Source of the DNA: a virus
Lineage: Duplodnaviria; Heunggongvirae; Uroviricota; Caudoviricetes
DNA length: 17,684 nucleotides
Direction: 5' to 3' (one strand)
IMG/VR virus record: IMGVR_UViG_2667527666_000002
Coordinates: 1 to 17,684 of that record
Of the stretch, positions 8,036 through 16,388 are shown piece by piece. The notes under the pieces are model-generated. The model was not told where the DNA came from. It did not search any database and saw only the letters and a list, made by a program, of their open reading frames with translations. The translations under genes and the position numbers were made by a program. Numbering within the stretch: position 1 is the stretch's first letter; every line of letters begins with the position of its first letter.

Positions 8036-8055
8036 AGGTCGGTCATGAGCACTAA
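7834..8055 (+). CDS. Hypothetical small protein, C-terminal frame (...[39 protein letters not shown]...); true start unclear (a TTG near 7876 follows GAAGGAG)
   Basis: Protein-like frame whose stop at 8053-8055 overlaps the next gene's start at 8045 by 11 nt, as expected for a genuine operon member. Confidence 0.3.
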   Translation: MGCGRFQPAEGDSPLRQVNRWFKDHYGVPVRVIRWEPETQRVIYLREGYEHECFSPLEQFRRKFREIEVGHEH

Positions 8056-8386
8056 ATTAACCGGCTATGTATGGGATGGTTGCGCTGCGTCAGGCATGAA
8101 ATTATCCAGCGTGGCAATTATGGCCCGCCTGGCTGATTTCAGTAATGACGAAGGTGTGTGCTGGCCATCAATTGAAACTATTGCCCGTCAGATTGGCGCG
8201 GGGATGAGTACCGTCAGAACGGCTATCGCACGGCTGGAAGCAGAAGGCTGGTTAACGCGTAAGGCGCGTCGCCAGGGTAACCGCAATGCGTCGAATGTTT
8301 ATCAGCTTAACGTTGCGAAGCTTCAGGCAGCGGCATTTTCTCAACTGTCAGATTCTGACCCGTCAAAATCTGACGCATCAAAATGA
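8045..8386 (+). pseudogene. Replication-initiator (O-like / winged-HTH N-terminal domain) gene, 3'-truncated by the IS629 insertion
   Basis: N-terminal HTH-type domain ([13 protein letters not shown]...SIETIARQIGAGMSTVRTAIARLEAEGWL); the ORF ends on the TGA formed by the first three bases of the IS inverted repeat (8384-8386); no C-terminal domain. Confidence 0.6.
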
Positions 8387-8425
8387 ACCGCCCCGGGTTT
8401 CCTGGAGAGTGTTTTATCTGTGAAC

Positions 8426-9316
8426 TCAGGCTGCCAGATCATCGTTTCCGATGGAAGCATAATAAGCTTTTTCTGCTTCTGCCGGAGGAGTATGGCCCAG
8501 CCTTTCCAGCAATCGTCGATTGTTATACCAGTCCACCCACGTGAGTGTGGCCAGTTCCACTTCTGCACGGTTTTTCCAGCTCTTACGGTGTATTACCTCC
8601 GCTTTGTAAAGACCATTGATGCTCTCCGCCATCGCGTTGTCATACGAGTCGCCTGTACTTCCTGTTGATGCCAGTAATCCGGCTTCCTTAAGCCGCTGTG
8701 TGTAGGCCAGCGATACATACTGAGAACCTTTATCACTGTGATGGACCGTGCCGGACGGTCGACGGGCCCATAACGCCTGCTCCAGTGCATCCAGCACGAA
8801 TGTCGTTTCCATGGACGATGAGACCCGCCACCCCACGATGTATCCGGCAAACACATCAATGATGAACGCCACATAGACGAAGCCCCGCCATGTGCTGACG
8901 TAAGTAAAATCAGCCACCCACAGCTGGTCAGGTCGTTCTGCCACGAACTGACGGTTTACGCGGTCGCCTGCGGCAACGGCTTTCCGGCTGATGGTCGTAC
9001 GGACCTTTTTACCCCGGAGAACACCGGCAAGTCCCATAACCGCCATGAGACGTGCCACAGTGCATCTGGCCACTCTGATACCTTCCCGTAACAACTGACG
9101 CCAGACTTTACGCACACCGTATACCTTGTGATTTTCATCGTATACGCGCTGTATCTCTTTCTTCAGCCAGTCATCGCGCTGCGCACGGGCACTGCGTTTA
9201 TCCGGATGATGTCGCTGTTGCTGACAGTGGTAATACGTTGACGGGGCAATATGCAGTTCGCTGCATAGCGGTCCGACCCCGTACTGCTCACGCAGCTTAT
9301 CCAGCAGTGGCATCAT
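8426..9316 (-). CDS. IS629-like transposase OrfB (DDE/integrase catalytic domain), 296 aa
   Basis: Translation [29 protein letters not shown]... with a DDE-type core (WVADFTYV ... HSDKGSQY ... [10 protein letters not shown]). Confidence 0.9.
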   Translation of the reverse strand: MMPLLDKLREQYGVGPLCSELHIAPSTYYHCQQQRHHPDKRSARAQRDDWLKKEIQRVYDENHKVYGVRKVWRQLLREGIRVARCTVARLMAVMGLAGVLRGKKVRTTISRKAVAAGDRVNRQFVAERPDQLWVADFTYVSTWRGFVYVAFIIDVFAGYIVGWRVSSSMETTFVLDALEQALWARRPSGTVHHSDKGSQYVSLAYTQRLKEAGLLASTGSTGDSYDNAMAESINGLYKAEVIHRKSWKNRAEVELATLTWVDWYNNRRLLERLGHTPPAEAEKAYYASIGNDDLAA

Positions 9317-9639
9317 TTTTTCCAGAGGCGGTCGAACTCCGCCTTCGCAAAATAAGCGGAAGCCTGGCGAAGGATATCGTTACTGCGGCGCAGTTCACGA
9401 TTTTCACGTTCCAGCTCTTTCAGACGCTGACGTTCAGCGGTGGTGAGCCCTCCATCACCGCCCCCGGTATCCCGCTCATGCTGGCGAACCCAGACACGCA
9501 GAGTCTCCGGCGTACAGCCAATCTTTGGAGCAATGGAACAAATTGTCGCCCATTGTGAGTCATATTCGCTCTGACTTTCCAGAACCATACGGACTGCCCG
9601 TTGACGGACTTCGGGGGAAAAACGAGTATTTTTAGTCAT
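9313..9639 (-). CDS. IS629-like transposase OrfA (HTH), 108 aa
   Basis: Translation [42 protein letters not shown]...; identical to the orfA of the second copy at 17358-17684. Confidence 0.9.
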   Translation of the reverse strand: MTKNTRFSPEVRQRAVRMVLESQSEYDSQWATICSIAPKIGCTPETLRVWVRQHERDTGGGDGGLTTAERQRLKELERENRELRRSNDILRQASAYFAKAEFDRLWKK

Positions 9640-9693
9640 CCTGTTTACCTCTTTCTCAGGAAGTTTAGTCTCCAGGATTCCCGGGGCGGTTCA

Positions 9694-10238
9694 ATTAACA
9701 CCCTGTTTGGCCCGTTTGTTCTGGATCTGTTCACTGACGGTGATAACGCCAAATGTGCTGCGTATTACACGGCGGAAGACAACGCGCTGGCGCATGACTG
9801 GTCAGAACGCCTTGCGGAGCTTAAAGGTGCTGCCTTTGGTAATCCCCCATACAGCCGCGCCAGTCAGCATGAGGGGCAATACATCACCGGCATGCGTTAC
9901 ATCATGAAGCATGCCAGTGCCATGCGTGATAAAGGCGGGCGCTATGTTTTCCTGATCAAAGCTGCCACCAGCAAGTGTGGTGGCCGGAAGATGCAGATCA
10001 TATTGCTTTTATTCGCGGGCGTATTGGTTTTGAACTGCCTGCCTGGTTTATCCCGAAGGATGAGAAGCAGGTGCCGACAGGCGCTTTCTTCGCTGGTGCT
10101 ATTGCTGTTTTCGACAAGACCTGGAAGGGACCGGCAATCAGCTACATCGGGCGCGATGAACTTGAGGCATGTGGTGAGGCCTTTCTGGCGCAGGTTCGCC
10201 AGCAGGCAGAAAAACTGGTCAGGGAGATGGCGGCATGA
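9694..10238 (+). pseudogene. Phage Dam-type DNA N6-adenine methyltransferase remnant: 5'-truncated at the IS boundary and frameshifted near 9960-9980
   Basis: Frame 1 immediately after the IS reads INTLFGPFVLD...FGNPPYS (NPPY catalytic motif); the C-terminal part (VWWPEDADHIAFIRGRIGF...) continues in another frame (ORF 9975-10238), whose stop overlaps the next gene's ATG. Confidence 0.6.
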
Positions 10239-10561
10239 CGACGTTAACTCAATGCCAGCAGCAGGTGCTGGATATGCTGATTTCTTATCAGAAAGAACGT
10301 GGCTTCCCGCCAACCAATCAGGAGGTGGCAACCATGCTGGGATACCGTTCAGTGAATGCAGCGGTGGAGCATCTTCGCGCACTGGAGAAAAAAGGCGTCA
10401 TCACGATAAAGCGTGGCGTGGCCCGGGGCATCACGCTTCATACCGCGGTGAAGGACGACGACAGCGAGGCGGTCGGGATTATCCGCTCACTGCTTGCCGG
10501 TGAGGAAAACGCAAGGCTGCGTGCAGCCCACTGGTTACATGAGAGGGGCCTGAAAGTATGA
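10235..10561 (+). CDS. LexA N-terminal DNA-binding-domain-like protein, 108 aa, without peptidase domain
   Basis: MTTLTQCQQQVLDMLISYQKERGFPPTNQEVATMLGYRSVNAAVEHLRALEKKGVI resembles the LexA winged-HTH domain; no S24 domain follows; start/stop coupled to neighbours. Confidence 0.6.
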   Translation: MTTLTQCQQQVLDMLISYQKERGFPPTNQEVATMLGYRSVNAAVEHLRALEKKGVITIKRGVARGITLHTAVKDDDSEAVGIIRSLLAGEENARLRAAHWLHERGLKV

Positions 10562-10947
10562 AGCTGATCCTGCCTTTTCCGCCCAGCGTGAACACGTACT
10601 GGCGACACCCCAACAAAGGGGCGTTTGCTGGTAAGAGCCTGATAAGCGCGGCGGGGCGAAAATTCCAGAGCGCGGCGTGCGCAGCAATAGTTGAGCAGTT
10701 ACGTCGTCTGCCGAAACCAACGTCGGCACCTGCTTCAGTGGAGATCGTGTTGTTTCCTCCGGATAACAGGATCCGCGATCTGGACAACTATAACAAGGCG
10801 CTGTTTGACGCCCTGACCCACGCGGGGGTGTGGGAAGACGACAGTCAGGTGAAAAGAATGCTGGTGGAGTGGGGACCGGTTATCCCGGAAGGGAAGGTCG
10901 AGATCACTATCAGTAAGTACGAGAAAACGGCGGGTGCAGCTGCCTGA
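10558..10947 (+). CDS. rusA: RusA-family Holliday-junction resolvase, 129 aa
   Basis: Conserved RusA features: LPFPPSVNTYWRH near the N-terminus and RDLDNYNKALFDALT acidic catalytic region. Confidence 0.85.
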   Translation: MKLILPFPPSVNTYWRHPNKGAFAGKSLISAAGRKFQSAACAAIVEQLRRLPKPTSAPASVEIVLFPPDNRIRDLDNYNKALFDALTHAGVWEDDSQVKRMLVEWGPVIPEGKVEITISKYEKTAGAAA

Positions 10948-10966
10948 TTAAGAGGAGAAACGAAGT

Positions 10967-11776
10967 ATGAATAATCTGATGGTCATTGATGGTATTGAAG
11001 TTCGTCGTGATGCTTATGGGCGTTACAGCCTGAACGATCTGCATCGCGCAGCAGTAGCATCTGGTGCAAATGCCAGAACCAAGGAGCCAGGAAAGTTTCT
11101 TTCCAGCCAACAAACTGTTGAGCTTGTTCATGAATTAACCAACACCCAGAATTTGGGTGTTGACCCGGTGAGCGTGATTCATGGGGGAAATGAACGGGGA
11201 ACGTATGTCTGTAAGGAACTGGTGTATGCCTATGCAATGTGGATCAGCCCGTCATTCCATCTGAAGGTGATCCGTACTTTCGATATGGTAACCAGCGCGC
11301 CGGAAAAGTTATCCGGACAGGCTGCTGACAAGATGCAGGCTGGCGTGATTCTGCTGGACTTTATGCGCCGGGAGTTAAATCTGTCTAACTCATCTGTGCT
11401 TGGGGCCTGTCAGAAACTCCAGGAGGCTGTTGGCTTACCGAATCTGGCACCGCGCTATGCCATTGATGCACCTGCTGACGCGCCTGATGGCTCAAGCCGC
11501 CCCACGCTGTCGCTGAGTGCACTGCTGAAGCAGTATGGTATCCGCCTGACGGCTAATCAGGCATATCACCAGATGGCGAAGCTGGGGATCGTTGAACAAC
11601 GCGAACGATACAGCCGTACCGCGATTAACAACATCAAAAAATTCTGGTCGCTGACAGCGAAAGGCTGCATGTTCGGCAAGAACATCACCAGTCCCGCAAA
11701 TCCGCGCGAGACGCAGCCGCATTTCTTCGAATCCCGATTCCCTGAGCTGTTAAAGCTGCTCGATACCGTTCATTGA
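10967..11776 (+). CDS. KilA-N domain antirepressor-like protein, 269 aa
   Basis: N-terminal KilA-N/APSES-type domain (IDGIEVRRDAYGRYSLNDL ... GTYVCKELVYAYAMWISPSFHLKV); RBS AGGAG upstream of the ATG at 10967. Confidence 0.75.
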   Translation: MNNLMVIDGIEVRRDAYGRYSLNDLHRAAVASGANARTKEPGKFLSSQQTVELVHELTNTQNLGVDPVSVIHGGNERGTYVCKELVYAYAMWISPSFHLKVIRTFDMVTSAPEKLSGQAADKMQAGVILLDFMRRELNLSNSSVLGACQKLQEAVGLPNLAPRYAIDAPADAPDGSSRPTLSLSALLKQYGIRLTANQAYHQMAKLGIVEQRERYSRTAINNIKKFWSLTAKGCMFGKNITSPANPRETQPHFFESRFPELLKLLDTVH

Positions 11777-11777
11777 G

Positions 11778-12773
11778 GTGACCGTGAGAGCACTACTGAC
11801 CCCTGAAATTGCCCCGCGTATGGGGATCGTATTGTTCAGGCCAGGTTCAGAGCTGATGCCCCTGTTTATGCAGGGGCGTGTCCTGCTGGAGCCTGAGCCG
11901 GAACGTTATTCATCTTTTGCCAGTGGTGCCGTTCCGGCTGCATCACAACCGCTGGCGGATGATCCTGCCGTTCGGGCCGTGTTCCGCAATGAGGCAGTGA
12001 TCCGTCGTGCTGGTGGCGTGGAATGTCTTGAAAGCTGGTTACTTCGTGAAAAAGGCTGCCAGTGGCCTCATTCCGACTGGCACAGCGAGAACATGACCAC
12101 AATGCGACACGCGCCGGGCGCAATCCGTCTGTGCTGGCACTGCGATAACCAACTGCGCGATCAGTTCACGGAACGGCTGGAATCAATGGCAACGGATAAC
12201 TGTGCCCGCTGGGTGTTGTCTGTTGTGCGTCGGGATCTCGGTTTTGATGACAGTCACGTTGTGACAATGCCGGAACTGTGCTGGTGGCTGATTCGTAATG
12301 ATCTGGCGGATGCCTTACCGGAAAGTGCAGCCCGTAAGGCACTGAGATTACCGAAGCCTGTTGTGCCGTCTGTCACCCGGGAAAGTGACCTGGTGCCTTC
12401 GGTTCCTGCCACCAGCATCATCCAGGATAAAGCGAAAAAGGTGCTGGCGCTGAAAGTGGATCCGGAGTCGCCGGACTCTTTTATGTTACGCCCAAAACGT
12501 CGCCGCTGGGTTAATGAAAAGTACACGCGATGGGTTAAGACGCAGCCGTGCGCATGTTGTGGAAAACCTGCTGATGATCCCCACCACCTGATAGGCCACG
12601 GTCAGGGTGGAATGGGGACAAAAGCGCATGACCTCTTTGTGTTGCCTTTGTGCAGAAAGCATCACGACGAGCTGCATGCGGATAATGTGGCATTCGAAGA
12701 GAAGTATGGCTCCCAGCTGGAGCTGATATTTCGTTTTATCGATCGTGCGCTGACGATTGGTGTGCTGGCCTGA
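11778..12773 (+). CDS. DUF968-like nin-region protein, 331 aa, with C-terminal Cys/His (HNH-like) cluster
   Basis: C-terminal motif [43 protein letters not shown]; exact start uncertain (GTG at 11778 or 11784). Confidence 0.65.
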   Translation: MTVRALLTPEIAPRMGIVLFRPGSELMPLFMQGRVLLEPEPERYSSFASGAVPAASQPLADDPAVRAVFRNEAVIRRAGGVECLESWLLREKGCQWPHSDWHSENMTTMRHAPGAIRLCWHCDNQLRDQFTERLESMATDNCARWVLSVVRRDLGFDDSHVVTMPELCWWLIRNDLADALPESAARKALRLPKPVVPSVTRESDLVPSVPATSIIQDKAKKVLALKVDPESPDSFMLRPKRRRWVNEKYTRWVKTQPCACCGKPADDPHHLIGHGQGGMGTKAHDLFVLPLCRKHHDELHADNVAFEEKYGSQLELIFRFIDRALTIGVLA

Positions 12774-12790
12774 TTTTGTGGAGAAAGTTG

Positions 12791-13174
12791 ATGCGTGATA
12801 TTCAGATGGTTCTTGAGCGTTGGGGAGCGTGGGCGGCTAATAATCATGAAGATGTGACCTGGTCGTCCATTGCCGCCGGTTTTAAGGGATTAATTCCTTC
12901 AAAAGTAAAATCTCGCCCGCAATGTTGTGACGATGACGCGATGATCATTTGCGGGTGCATGGCCCGTCTGAAAAAGAACAACAGCGATTTGCACGATTTA
13001 TTAGTAGATTATTATGTAGTCGGTATGACATTCATGTCACTGGCAGGTAAGCATTGCTGCTCTGATGGTTATATCGGGAAAAGGTTACAAAAAGCTGAGG
13101 GCATAATTGAAGGGATGTTAATGGCATTAGATATCTGGTTAGAGATGGATATCGTTGTTAATAACTCTAATTAA
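12791..13174 (+). CDS. Q: Late-gene antitermination protein Q (short Q family), 127 aa
   Basis: Start at the ATG at 12791 with GGAG 8 nt upstream (the ORF track's 12776 start is a TTG); last gene of the nin-like block, in the position Q occupies upstream of the lysis cassette. Confidence 0.7.
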   Translation: MRDIQMVLERWGAWAANNHEDVTWSSIAAGFKGLIPSKVKSRPQCCDDDAMIICGCMARLKKNNSDLHDLLVDYYVVGMTFMSLAGKHCCSDGYIGKRLQKAEGIIEGMLMALDIWLEMDIVVNNSN

Positions 13175-13207
13175 TATGCCAATTGTTTACTAAAAATTAT
13201 TAAAAAT

Positions 13208-13225
13208 GGGGCGTTGAGACGCCCC
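13208..13225 (-). terminator. Candidate intrinsic terminator for the porin gene (stem GGGGCGT / ACGCCCC, 4-nt loop, followed on the minus strand by AUUUUUAAUAAUUUUU)
   Basis: Hairpin and U-rich tract read directly; lies about 140 nt beyond the porin stop, after three further hairpins. Confidence 0.4.
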
Positions 13226-13363
13226 CAAAAATAAAGGGTAATATATAACAGAAGGTTTATATAGTTAGAAGCAAGGTTGTGCTTCTAAAGGAAGTGGCTT
13301 GAGGGAGCCACTTATATGTTGGGGAGGCAACGCCTCCCGCAACATATCTTTTTCGTAATCAGA

Positions 13364-14446
13364 TTAGAACTGGTAAACCAGACCTACAGCAACGATGTCA
13401 TCAGTATCAATACCAGCTGTTTTGGTAAACTTACTATCGTCAATTAAGTTGATTTTGTAATCAACAAAAGTGGACATGTTTTTATTAAAGTAGTAAGTAG
13501 CACCGACATCGACATACTTGACTAAGTCTCGGTCACCATGAACACCAAGGTCTTTACCTTTTGACTGAAGGTAAGCAACAGATGGGCGCAGACCGAAGTC
13601 AAACTGATATTGTGCTACTGCTTCAAAGTTTTGTGCTTTGTTTGCAATATGGTTATTACCAAAAACGGTCATATTCTGAGTTTCAGAATATGTGGTAGCC
13701 AGATAGATATTGTTCGCATCATATTTCAGGCCTGCAGCCCATACTTCCGCATTTTTGCCGGAGGCATTGAATTTGCTCTTACCATAGGCGACCTGACCGT
13801 CAGTGCGATCTGATTTAGCATAGGTTGCACCCACGCCGAATCCTTCATACTCATAAGTAGTGGAGAAACCGAAACCATCACCATTGGCTTCAGTTACGTC
13901 AGTGCGGTCATTTTTACCCTGATACTGAGCAGCAAAGTTCAGGCCATCGACCAGACCAAAGAAGTCGTTGTTACGATAAGTTGCAACACCAGTAGTGCGA
14001 CCAGTCATGAACACATCTGTTTGGGTCCAGGTATCACCACCGAATTCTGGCAGGACGTCAGTCCACGCACCGATGTCGTATGCTACACCGTAGTTACGGC
14101 CGTAATCGATTGAGCCGTAATCACCAAATTTCAGGCCTGCAAATGCAAGACGGGTTTTGTCTTTGGAAGAACCTTGAGATTCAGCGCGGTTGCCTTTGAA
14201 TTCATATTCCCACTGACCGAAACCAGTCAGTTGATCGTTGATTTGGGTTTCACCTTTGAAGCCAAGACGGGCATAAGTAGTATCACCATCATCTGCATCA
14301 TTAGAGGAGAAGTAGTGCTTAGCATTAACTTTCCCGTACAGATCCAGCTTGTTACTGTCTTTATTATAAATTTCAGCTGCCTGAGCAGACATCGCCATCA
14401 GTACTGATGCAGCTACAGCAGAAATTGCCACTGTTAATTTTTTCAT
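13364..14446 (-). CDS. General-diffusion outer-membrane porin, OmpC/NmpC/Lc family, 360 aa precursor
   Basis: Signal peptide ending AQA-AE; mature N-terminus [17 protein letters not shown] typical of OmpC-family porins; C-terminal ...VGLVYQF beta-barrel signature; opposite strand to flanking phage late genes. Confidence 0.92.
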   Translation of the reverse strand: MKKLTVAISAVAASVLMAMSAQAAEIYNKDSNKLDLYGKVNAKHYFSSNDADDGDTTYARLGFKGETQINDQLTGFGQWEYEFKGNRAESQGSSKDKTRLAFAGLKFGDYGSIDYGRNYGVAYDIGAWTDVLPEFGGDTWTQTDVFMTGRTTGVATYRNNDFFGLVDGLNFAAQYQGKNDRTDVTEANGDGFGFSTTYEYEGFGVGATYAKSDRTDGQVAYGKSKFNASGKNAEVWAAGLKYDANNIYLATTYSETQNMTVFGNNHIANKAQNFEAVAQYQFDFGLRPSVAYLQSKGKDLGVHGDRDLVKYVDVGATYYFNKNMSTFVDYKINLIDDSKFTKTAGIDTDDIVAVGLVYQF

Positions 14447-14874
14447 CGTGAGCCCTTTTTTTTGAACTATTATTAAAAAATGATGTCACTGCGCGATAAA
14501 TATTCATCTAATCAATGTGATTATTTCAAGATGTAAGTTTTGGTTTCTCGTTTGATTTGTGAAGTAGATCTCTATTTTTATCTGAACTTTTTTCTATCGA
14601 ATCCTATTCATAGCTCTTGGCTGAATAAAAATAAATCTATTAGCCAATTTATACTAACGGTTGTTATTTATAAGTGCTCTATAATTTGAAGGTTCAATTT
14701 AAATCGGCTAAAAATAACACTGGAAATTATTTGTTGGTTATTTGTTGAGATTTGCTTATGTATTTGTAGTGGTGTTTTCAATACTCGGTAGCATTCTCGC
14801 AAATATCATTTAGTGGTTTACGTACGTAAAAAATTGGTTATGCTGTTAAGAGTGGTTACTTCGTCACACAGCTT

Positions 14875-14908
14875 AAACCCGCCGTCGAGCGGGTTTTTCC
14901 ATTTTTTG
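14875..14908 (+). terminator. Intrinsic terminator (8-bp stem AAACCCGC / GCGGGTTT, then TTTTTCCATTTTTT), candidate tR' about 115 bp upstream of the holin gene
   Basis: Perfect stem followed by a T-rich tract on the plus strand; no plus-strand gene ends upstream, consistent with a short terminated late-promoter leader transcript. Confidence 0.6.
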
Positions 14909-15019
14909 AGTCTCGATATTAGCTGATAACCCAATACCTGAGTTATTCACTGACTTCGAGTCTGTTACGTTTCGTAGTATTCCCTCAATTTACACCCGCT
15001 TTGTCTGCGAGGTGGGGTT

Positions 15020-15235
15020 ATGAAATCCATGGATAAGTTAACAACGGGTGTCGCCTATGGCACCTCAGCAGGTAGTGCCGGGTACTGGTTTTTACAGCTG
15101 CTAGATAAAGTCACGCCCTCACAGTGGGCGGCAATTGGAGTGCTGGGTAGCCTGGTATTTGGCCTGCTGACGTACCTGACAAACCTTTATTTCAAGATTA
15201 AAGAAGATAAGCGTAAGGCTGCGAGAGGTGAATAA
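15020..15235 (+). CDS. S: Phage-21-type class II holin (pinholin), 71 aa
   Basis: Two predicted TM helices with the glycine-zipper-like [10 protein letters not shown]; basic C-terminus [11 protein letters not shown]; stop overlaps the endolysin start (TAATG). Confidence 0.9.
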
Positions 15236-15732
15236 TGTCGCCATCATTACGCAAGGCTGTAGCAGCTGCTATTGGTGGTGGGGCTGTTGCCATAGCGTCT
15301 GTGCTCATCACTGGTCCGAGTGGTGACGATGGTCTGGAAGGTGTCAGCTACATACCATATAAAGATATTGTTGGTGTATGGACTGTATGTCACGGGCATA
15401 CAGGAAAAGACATCATGCTCGGTAAAACGTATACCAAAGCAGAATGCAAAGCACTCTTGAATAAAGACCTTGCCACTGTCGCCAGACAAATTAACCCGTA
15501 CATCGAAGTCGATATACCGGAAACAACGCGCGGCGCTCTTTACTCATTCGTTTACAACGTGGGTGCTGGCAATTTCAGAACATCGACGCTTCTTCGCAAA
15601 ATAAACCAGGGCGATATCAAAGGCGCATGTGATCAGCTACGGCGCTGGACATACGCTGGCGGTAATCAATGGAAAGGACTGATGACTCGCCGTGAGATTG
15701 AGCGTGAAGTCTGTTTGTGGGGGAAACAATGA
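15235..15732 (+). CDS. R: SAR (signal-anchor-release) endolysin, lysozyme-like, 165 aa
   Basis: N-terminal Gly/Ala-rich SAR domain ([20 protein letters not shown]) followed by a lysozyme-type catalytic domain; stop overlaps the Rz start (ATGA). Confidence 0.92.
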   Translation: MSPSLRKAVAAAIGGGAVAIASVLITGPSGDDGLEGVSYIPYKDIVGVWTVCHGHTGKDIMLGKTYTKAECKALLNKDLATVARQINPYIEVDIPETTRGALYSFVYNVGAGNFRTSTLLRKINQGDIKGACDQLRRWTYAGGNQWKGLMTRREIEREVCLWGKQ

Positions 15733-16187
15733 GCAGAGTAACCGCGATTATCTCCGCTCTGGTTATCTGCATCATCGTCTGCCTGTCATGGGCTGTTAAT
15801 CATTACCGTGATAACGCCATTACCTACAAAGCCCAGCGCGACAAAAATGTCAGAGAACTGGAGAAGGCGAACGCCACCATCGCTGACATGCGGAAGCGTC
15901 AACGTGATGTAGCAGAACTCGATGCAAGATACACAAAGGAGCTTGCTGATGCTAACGCGACTATCGAAAGTCTCCGTGCTGATGTTTCTGCTGGGCGTAA
16001 GCGCCTGCAAGTCGCCGCCACCTGTGCAAAGTCAACGACCGGAGCCAGCGGCATGGGCGATGGAGAAAGCCCAGGACTTACAGCAGATGCTGAACTCAAT
16101 TATTACCGTCTCCGAAGTGGAATCGACAAGATAACCGCGCAGGTTAACTACCTGCAGGAATACATCAGGACGCAATGCCTGAAATAA
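15729..16187 (+). CDS. Rz: Rz i-spanin, 152 aa
   Basis: ATG at 15729 overlapping the endolysin stop; N-terminal TM helix ([17 protein letters not shown]) followed by a coiled-coil-like periplasmic domain. Confidence 0.8.
   Translation: MSRVTAIISALVICIIVCLSWAVNHYRDNAITYKAQRDKNVRELEKANATIADMRKRQRDVAELDARYTKELADANATIESLRADVSAGRKRLQVAATCAKSTTGASGMGDGESPGLTADAELNYYRLRSGIDKITAQVNYLQEYIRTQCLK
15949..16134 (+). CDS. Rz1: Rz1 o-spanin lipoprotein, about 61 aa, embedded in the +1 frame of Rz
   Basis: Signal peptide [20 protein letters not shown] with lipobox VSAC, then proline-rich [13 protein letters not shown]; lies entirely within Rz in a different frame. Confidence 0.7.
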   Translation: MLTRLSKVSVLMFLLGVSACKSPPPVQSQRPEPAAWAMEKAQDLQQMLNSIITVSEVESTR

Positions 16188-16219
16188 TTTTTTTGCAAAT
16201 CACAAAGTCCATTTAATGA

Positions 16220-16241
16220 GCCTCGCGATGCGGGGCTTTTT
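16220..16241 (+). terminator. Intrinsic terminator after the lysis cassette (stem GCCTCGC / GCGGGGC with one G-U pair, 3-nt loop, then TTTTT)
   Basis: GC-rich hairpin immediately followed by a T5 run, 33 nt after the Rz stop. Confidence 0.5.
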
Positions 16242-16248
16242 GCAATAA

Positions 16249-16273
16249 ATGCGTACCGCAACGCATGTTTTTT
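16249..16273 (+). terminator. Second tandem terminator-like hairpin (ATGCGT / ACGCAT, then GTTTTTT)
   Basis: 6-bp stem followed by a T6 run directly downstream of the first terminator. Confidence 0.4.
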
Positions 16274-16388
16274 ACACCGAACCTGCCCCTTTGGAATGGG
16301 CCTTTGAGGATACCAGTTAGTGCTGGCGAGCCTCGGTGGGCTGGTTTCCTGTGCGGCAAAGGTTCATTTCAAAGAGTAGGTACACGCT

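Larger units (their letters stand above)
8384..9693 (-). mobile_element. IS3-family insertion sequence, IS629/IS1203-like, complete 1310 bp
   Basis: Terminal inverted repeats beginning TGAACCGCCCCGGG at 8384 and, as reverse complement, ending at 9693; internal orfA (108 aa) and orfB (296 aa, DDE transposase) in the typical overlapping arrangement; nearly identical second copy at 17304. Confidence 0.88.

Noticed and set aside
8381-9696. Target-site duplication flanking the complete IS629 copy
   Set aside because: The 3-4 bp flanks (aaa/aaaa on the left, att/atta on the right) do not match; read as evidence for a rearrangement rather than a simple insertion.
9601-10503. 300-aa ORF in the six-frame track
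   Set aside because: It is chimeric: its first 31 codons lie inside the IS end, the middle is the methyltransferase N-terminal frame, and the tail after about 9975 is an out-of-frame read with low-complexity Arg/Gly-rich sequence. It is interpreted as a truncated, frameshifted methyltransferase remnant instead.
13175-13363. Shiga toxin or other toxin cargo directly downstream of Q
   Set aside because: No ORF is present in this interval; the cargo gene in this position is a porin on the opposite strand.
13610-14407. Plus-strand ORFs of 67 and 77 aa inside the porin gene
   Set aside because: Antisense to a complete, well-supported porin CDS; no RBS and hydrophobic low-complexity translations.
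15247-16099. Minus-strand ORFs of 80, 74 and 66 aa inside the lysis genes
   Set aside because: Antisense to the intact endolysin and Rz genes; the only convincing embedded gene is Rz1 on the plus strand.
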